This document shows positions 59,020 to 64,000 of a DNA stretch of 64,000 nt, in pieces. Position 1 is the first letter of the stretch. Every line of letters starts with the position of its first letter. The translations under genes and the position numbers were made by a program. Where the stretch lies: positions 7,475,979-7,539,978 of the forward strand of contig OZ199839.1 of assembly GCA_964304625.1 (NCBI GenBank). The letters run 5' to 3'. The notes beneath the pieces were generated by a model. That model saw only the letters and a program-made list of their open reading frames with translations. It was not told the origin of the DNA and did not search any database. The DNA comes from Kudoa neothunni (taxonomy: Eukaryota > Animalia > Cnidaria).

Positions 59020-60135
59020 CGGTGAGTTTTCGCTTTATGATTGTGCTATCGCTGGTGACTCCATTGTACTATACCAATACAGGCGGAACAATTGTGGAGG
59101 ATAATTTCTTCTCGTCTCTCAAACTATCGCCCAAACTATTGGCGAGGCGCTCAACATATTTAGCATACTTGGGGCCCATACGGCGAAATAAAAGACACCT
59201 TCCTTCATGTGTTGTTCCGTCCAAAAGTAGAGAATTACACAGCGCTACATTTGCATTTTTTCCCAAAAAATATGTTGACGTCCTATGTGAACAAAAAGAA
59301 CAAGTGTGTAGTTCTTTTGTTAACGGGGACATTTAATTAACGTCAATATATCGAATAAAGATCACAAAAAACCTTAGATTATGATTATATTCGGGTACAG
59401 CATCAAAAATAAGGGGGTGTGGACAAGTTCGATAGAATGCTATCATCCATATCCGTGCGTGCCGATTCAACATTAGATGACCAATGATCGTATTTTATGA
59501 CACGGTTGATCTATTATTAATTAATGCGTTCGCATTATACAAAAATATATTTAATCAACCAACAAAATTAACACGTACATTTCGGAAGGAGCTAGCGGAA
59601 GCATTGTGTCAATCCCTAATGAGGGAAAAAATTAATGTTAAAGCGTTTAAAAAGAACCAAGCTCCAAAGCATAGATAATTAATTTAAATAATTTATCAAC
59701 TATCCCTAAAAAAGCGCTTTTTTATCATTATCGACAAAATGATAACAAAATTTCTAGCTAATGTTCAAACTGCGAACGTTTTCATTACCAGCTTCATTCA
59801 TCTAGAAAATGTTATGTTGGCGATCATTCATAATCATTATTTTTCTTGCAAATTTTGGACTATACGCTCTACTTCAAATATGGTCTTTAAGCTACTTAAC
59901 GTTGAGCTTTATCTTTCTTTGAAGGTAATCCAAGACCATTAAGCCGAACAGCACCGAACCGGATTAAGTTGGATGGTAAATGTAAATTTCCTGCAAATTC
60001 TACCGATCGAATTTTCTGAAAATCTACTAATCAACTCAAAATAATTTATTGAGAAAGTTTAACCGAAAAAGCGTGATGTTTCTCGTCCCAAGCCCGTTGT
60101 TAGAGAATGGAACGTTTCGCCAGCAGCTTACAGAG
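59020..60135 (+). mobile_element. piggyBac remnant (second family)
   Basis: TIVEDNFFSS, GPIRRNKR and INAFALY motifs; possible GAG|TTAA end at 60135. Confidence 0.7.
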
Positions 60136-60221
60136 TTAAATAAACAACATACAAACTAAAACATAAACATCTAAAATCATTGTCAGCTAACTACATAACG
60201 ATCCCGATCAATCAGTAAAAA

Positions 60222-60847
60222 TCAATCAAGACTTGCAAGCGTAAAAATCATCCTAAAAACCACTCAAATCCAAACATCAACGATTAGATACATCACGAGA
60301 TAGATGAAAAAGTAGACCAGATACACAACCAACTTTACTATCTCAATGTTGATGGTGGTTTTCAATTCTTTGTGGTTAAGAATTTCAGAAGGATCAAAAT
60401 AAGCCAATCTTCCCTTTCGTTTCATATCGTAATATCTGCGAGGGAATATGACACAATAGGCATACATTCAAATAATAGTAATACCGATAAGCCAAAAAAA
60501 TCAAAGGAATAATCGATACTAGAAAAAACCCAATTCTCAAATGAATCAGAAAAAGAAACGATATAAAACCATGCAAAACAATATTTGGAACAACAAACTA
60601 TAATAACATAGAATCAACTATATTATTACACTGAGTGATAGATTAACCTACCATATTCGCTTTACCACATGCGGACTCACTGGTAATGGTGTCAGCTTCT
60701 AGATCACTCATCAACACTATCTACATAGAAGTTATCGAGAAAATGATAAATTCTAGTGTTTATGGATGGTACCGTGAATACATTCATTAATAGCAGTACC
60801 GCATTAACAATAAAAATAATAACAGAGGAGCCAATTAAACCGAACAT
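60222..60847 (-). CDS. CNIH4: Cornichon-family ER cargo receptor (CNIH4-like), about 5 exons
   Basis: Spliced: MFGLIGSSVIIFIVNAVLLLMNVFT-IVLMSDLEADTITSESACGKANM-FVVPNIVLHGF..-..AYFDPSEILNHKELK..IVKLVVYLVYFFIYLVM-MIFTLASLD*. Confidence 0.85.
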
Positions 60848-61778
60848 TGGAGTTGGAGGCTAGCAACCAAAGACAAATATGGATTCGCGTTAAGACACGA
60901 GGCATTACGATCCATCTGAGTGAGAGTGTTGGACCAGTTGATAACTGTATAATTGTCGAATTGACATTTCCAATATAAATAGAAAATAATAACTATTTAC
61001 TATAATTGAAGCTCTATTACATATTATTATACAATAGATCAAATATATTAGGGTCAAGGTAGTCGGACACCATGAGGTGCTTAAAATTACCATTTCCACA
61101 CATTGCTCACGTGATTTACATTACCATATTTCTAATTATTGGAATATCTTGAGTGAATAATCTGATCGGATAATTATGTCGGAATTTAAATTTAATGTTG
61201 ACCCGAAAAAAAAACGGACTCGCATGTAATCTTCATCGTGTCTCAACAGACATTATTAGCTTTTTATTTTTCGTACACTAGTGTTGTTAATCGTAAATAG
61301 TTATTAATCTGTTGTTTTCTATGACTGATTATAAAAAATAATAAATGTCGAAATAAAATTTGTTCACATTAAAACAACAGGTGGGTAAACTATTTTTCGT
61401 AATTTAAGAAATCCTAATGTAAATCCTGCTATGTAATAATTCATGTTTCCGGAACAATCAAGATTTAATCTATTATTTTTCATGTAAATAAAATTTCTTT
61501 GTTTTAGACAGGTTTTAAATTTCACAGATATCATGAATAACCAACCGTCCTACAATCTTACGTGACTAATCTAATATCACTTTGCGCCTACGAACATATT
61601 AGCCACCTTTATTTGATTCCACGAATTTACACATATAAGATATAAATATTATTTTAAAATCAAAGAATATCAAGTATGGTAAATTAAAATTTTGGAATTA
61701 CACTAAAATAAAAAACTTCATTAATTATTCTTTCTAGCTTTTTGTTCATCTTATTCTAACGCCTCTTTATGTGTTTAA

Positions 61779-64000
61779 CCCTCGAATACCTGAAAAAAAG
61801 TTACACTTATGTCTGAAGAGGACCAGAGGATCACTATGGTCCTATGCAATTTAATCATAGCATAATTATATTTGAAACTATTTAACTATAAAGATAAATA
61901 AAACAATCAAATAGCTTAGTTTTAAGTTAAGTTAAGTTAAGCTAAGCTAAGTTAAGTTAAAAAAGGAATAAAACATTAAAACAAAAATTTTTAGGCGCGA
62001 AAATTAAAAAAATAAATAATTTGCAAATATAAACTTATATTAAATCGATATTGTAAAAATGAAACAAAATAACGTTCGTTCATATAATTTCTATGTTTAA
62101 TATAAATTTATTATTTTCAAAATTGTTATTTTATGATTGTAATTGGCGGTTTAATTCAGATGGCGTATTGATTTATTGGAAAAAACCCATTATAATAAAC
62201 ATATAAATATAAATCAATAAATGTTTCTATTTGTGACTAAAAACGATGATTTAACGTAAAAAATAAAAAATAATTCAATCTTTTACAATACGAAACTGAA
62301 ATACATGTTCAAACTGTATATGCCATCTCATTATAATGACATTATTTCTAATCGTATTGTCTAAAATCTAAATAGGTAAATTATACAAATATGATTTATT
62401 TTGCAGATATAATAAAATTTTAATAAAAAATTTTAAGTGCGGTGAAAAATATGGTGAAATAAAATTGACAAATAATACAATATATTTTATTTTTTGTAAC
62501 ACACATCGCACTCTATATTCCAATTCTGTGAGTTTCGCAGAAAAATTTGTCGCAACTTGAACAAATTCTCCTGCTTTTTTGTTTATTGAGCACATATGGC
62601 ATGTACCTCTTTCAGATGGACGTTCTTCCTTTTTATTGGGATGGTTTTAAAATTGATATCATCGTTTCCAAACAATTCTTCCGCTAATATTTTTGAAAAC
62701 TCTCTTCGGGATTGGTTTTTATGAGTATTTTTGAATTGCTGGTTTCGATAAACTTACGAAAGCTATGCATTATAGGCGACTATACCGACAATGTTAAAGA
62801 AAATCGCTAACGGCGAATGACTTTTTCTGTGGAATAGCAGCGGAAATTCGGTAAAGCGTAACCACCCCTCCTTTAGTTTGCATGTAATAATTTATGATGA
62901 CTGGTTTTTGAGAGTCAGGATCAACATTACAACCTCGATGTGTGGAATTTAAAAGTAACATGGATCTATTTTTCTTGGGATTGTATTTTACAAAGGTAAA
63001 TTTACCCTGAAATAAAAATTTCTCATCGTATGGTATTCCCTTTCGTGATTGAAATTCAGCTGTGAGAAATTTTTTATTTTTACGGATAGTCCGCATAATT
63101 GTTGTTTTCTGTGACAATGTGGTAAAAAAATTGTCCGTGGTAATGTTACGACCGTTTTTTAAATTAGCTGTAATTAGATTGTTTACCACATTTTCACATT
63201 GGTTGGTTTCAACAACGCCGTTCTCCCTGCTAATATATATCTTTGCATTATATAAATATTTGTTTGTTGCATCACACAATATCACACAGTGCCCATATTT
63301 TTATCCCATACTTGCCAGACTTAGAAGGAACGAACATTTAGAAGGGCAGCGACCTCTAAATGTGACAAGCTGTTCATTTACAGTCAATTGGGAAGATGGG
63401 TTGTAACTTTGTTTACACGTCTTTATAAACTCATCAAATATATATCTGTTGGAGAAAAGTTTATCCTCTCTATCCCTGGTTCTTCTATTGTCGAATCTGA
63501 GACAAGTTGCACAATCTACAAAGCGATTTCTTGTTCTTTTTGCAATTAGTGACTGAAGGCTATATTTTTCAGCCCAAAATTCTCGGATGTTTTCATTTTT
63601 GCTTTTCTTACGTCAATTAATAAGATGGTTCCAACAAAAATTTCAACTCGGCCATAATTATCTTTTTGACATCGGGTTTTTTCTCGCTCAATAAATTTGT
63701 TGGTACAATACTGGATCTCTTCTAACATTTTATTGGTCAACAAATTATTAAAAGCCCTCATAGGAGTTTGGCAATTCTGAAAAGCTTTTTTTGTAAATGC
63801 CGCTTTTACATTATAAATATTGTCCGCTGTACGCCTCCGTTCAACTCTATTTGGAGGTTTATGCTATTTTTATCCATCTTTGGAGACAACAAAAGGACAT
63901 GGGTCATATCTTCAATGCTCTTATCGCTATCATAATCATCATCGTCGTCGTCGTCATTGCTGGCTGGCTGGCTGGCTGGCTCATTAATTATTTCACCCAC
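61779..64000 (-). mobile_element. piggyBac element, decayed, extends beyond the window
   Basis: TTAA|CCC terminus at 61775; NITTDNFFT, TIRKNKK, YMQTKGGV, Cys-tail remnant; internal (TTAAG)n at ~61922-61960. Confidence 0.88.

Overview
This is AT-rich eukaryotic (animal) genomic DNA with very short (~40-60 nt) GT-AG introns and heavy loading by decayed DNA transposons. That combination, plus a cnidarian-type SAARP-like gene, suggests a myxozoan or other reduced cnidarian parasite; this is inference and is not verifiable here. I assembled seven host genes by hand: LSm3 (-); an ADAM metalloprotease with 14.5 one-exon-one-repeat Cys modules before its TM helix (+); a secreted protein resembling the coral SAARP/CARP4 skeletal-matrix family but without the acidic tracts (-); RUVBL1 (-); two paralogous type-I membrane GDA1/CD39 (NTPDase)-fold proteins with degenerate catalytic motifs (-); and a cornichon/CNIH4-like gene (-). 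The two NTPDase-like paralogues have ~99% identical 5' halves but strongly diverged 3' exons. The rest of the window is mostly Tc1/IS630, pogo, Merlin, MULE, hAT, piggyBac and Helitron-like remnants (several nested), one solo LTR and one tRNA-headed SINE candidate. Family calls come from motif recognition by eye; no database searches were run.
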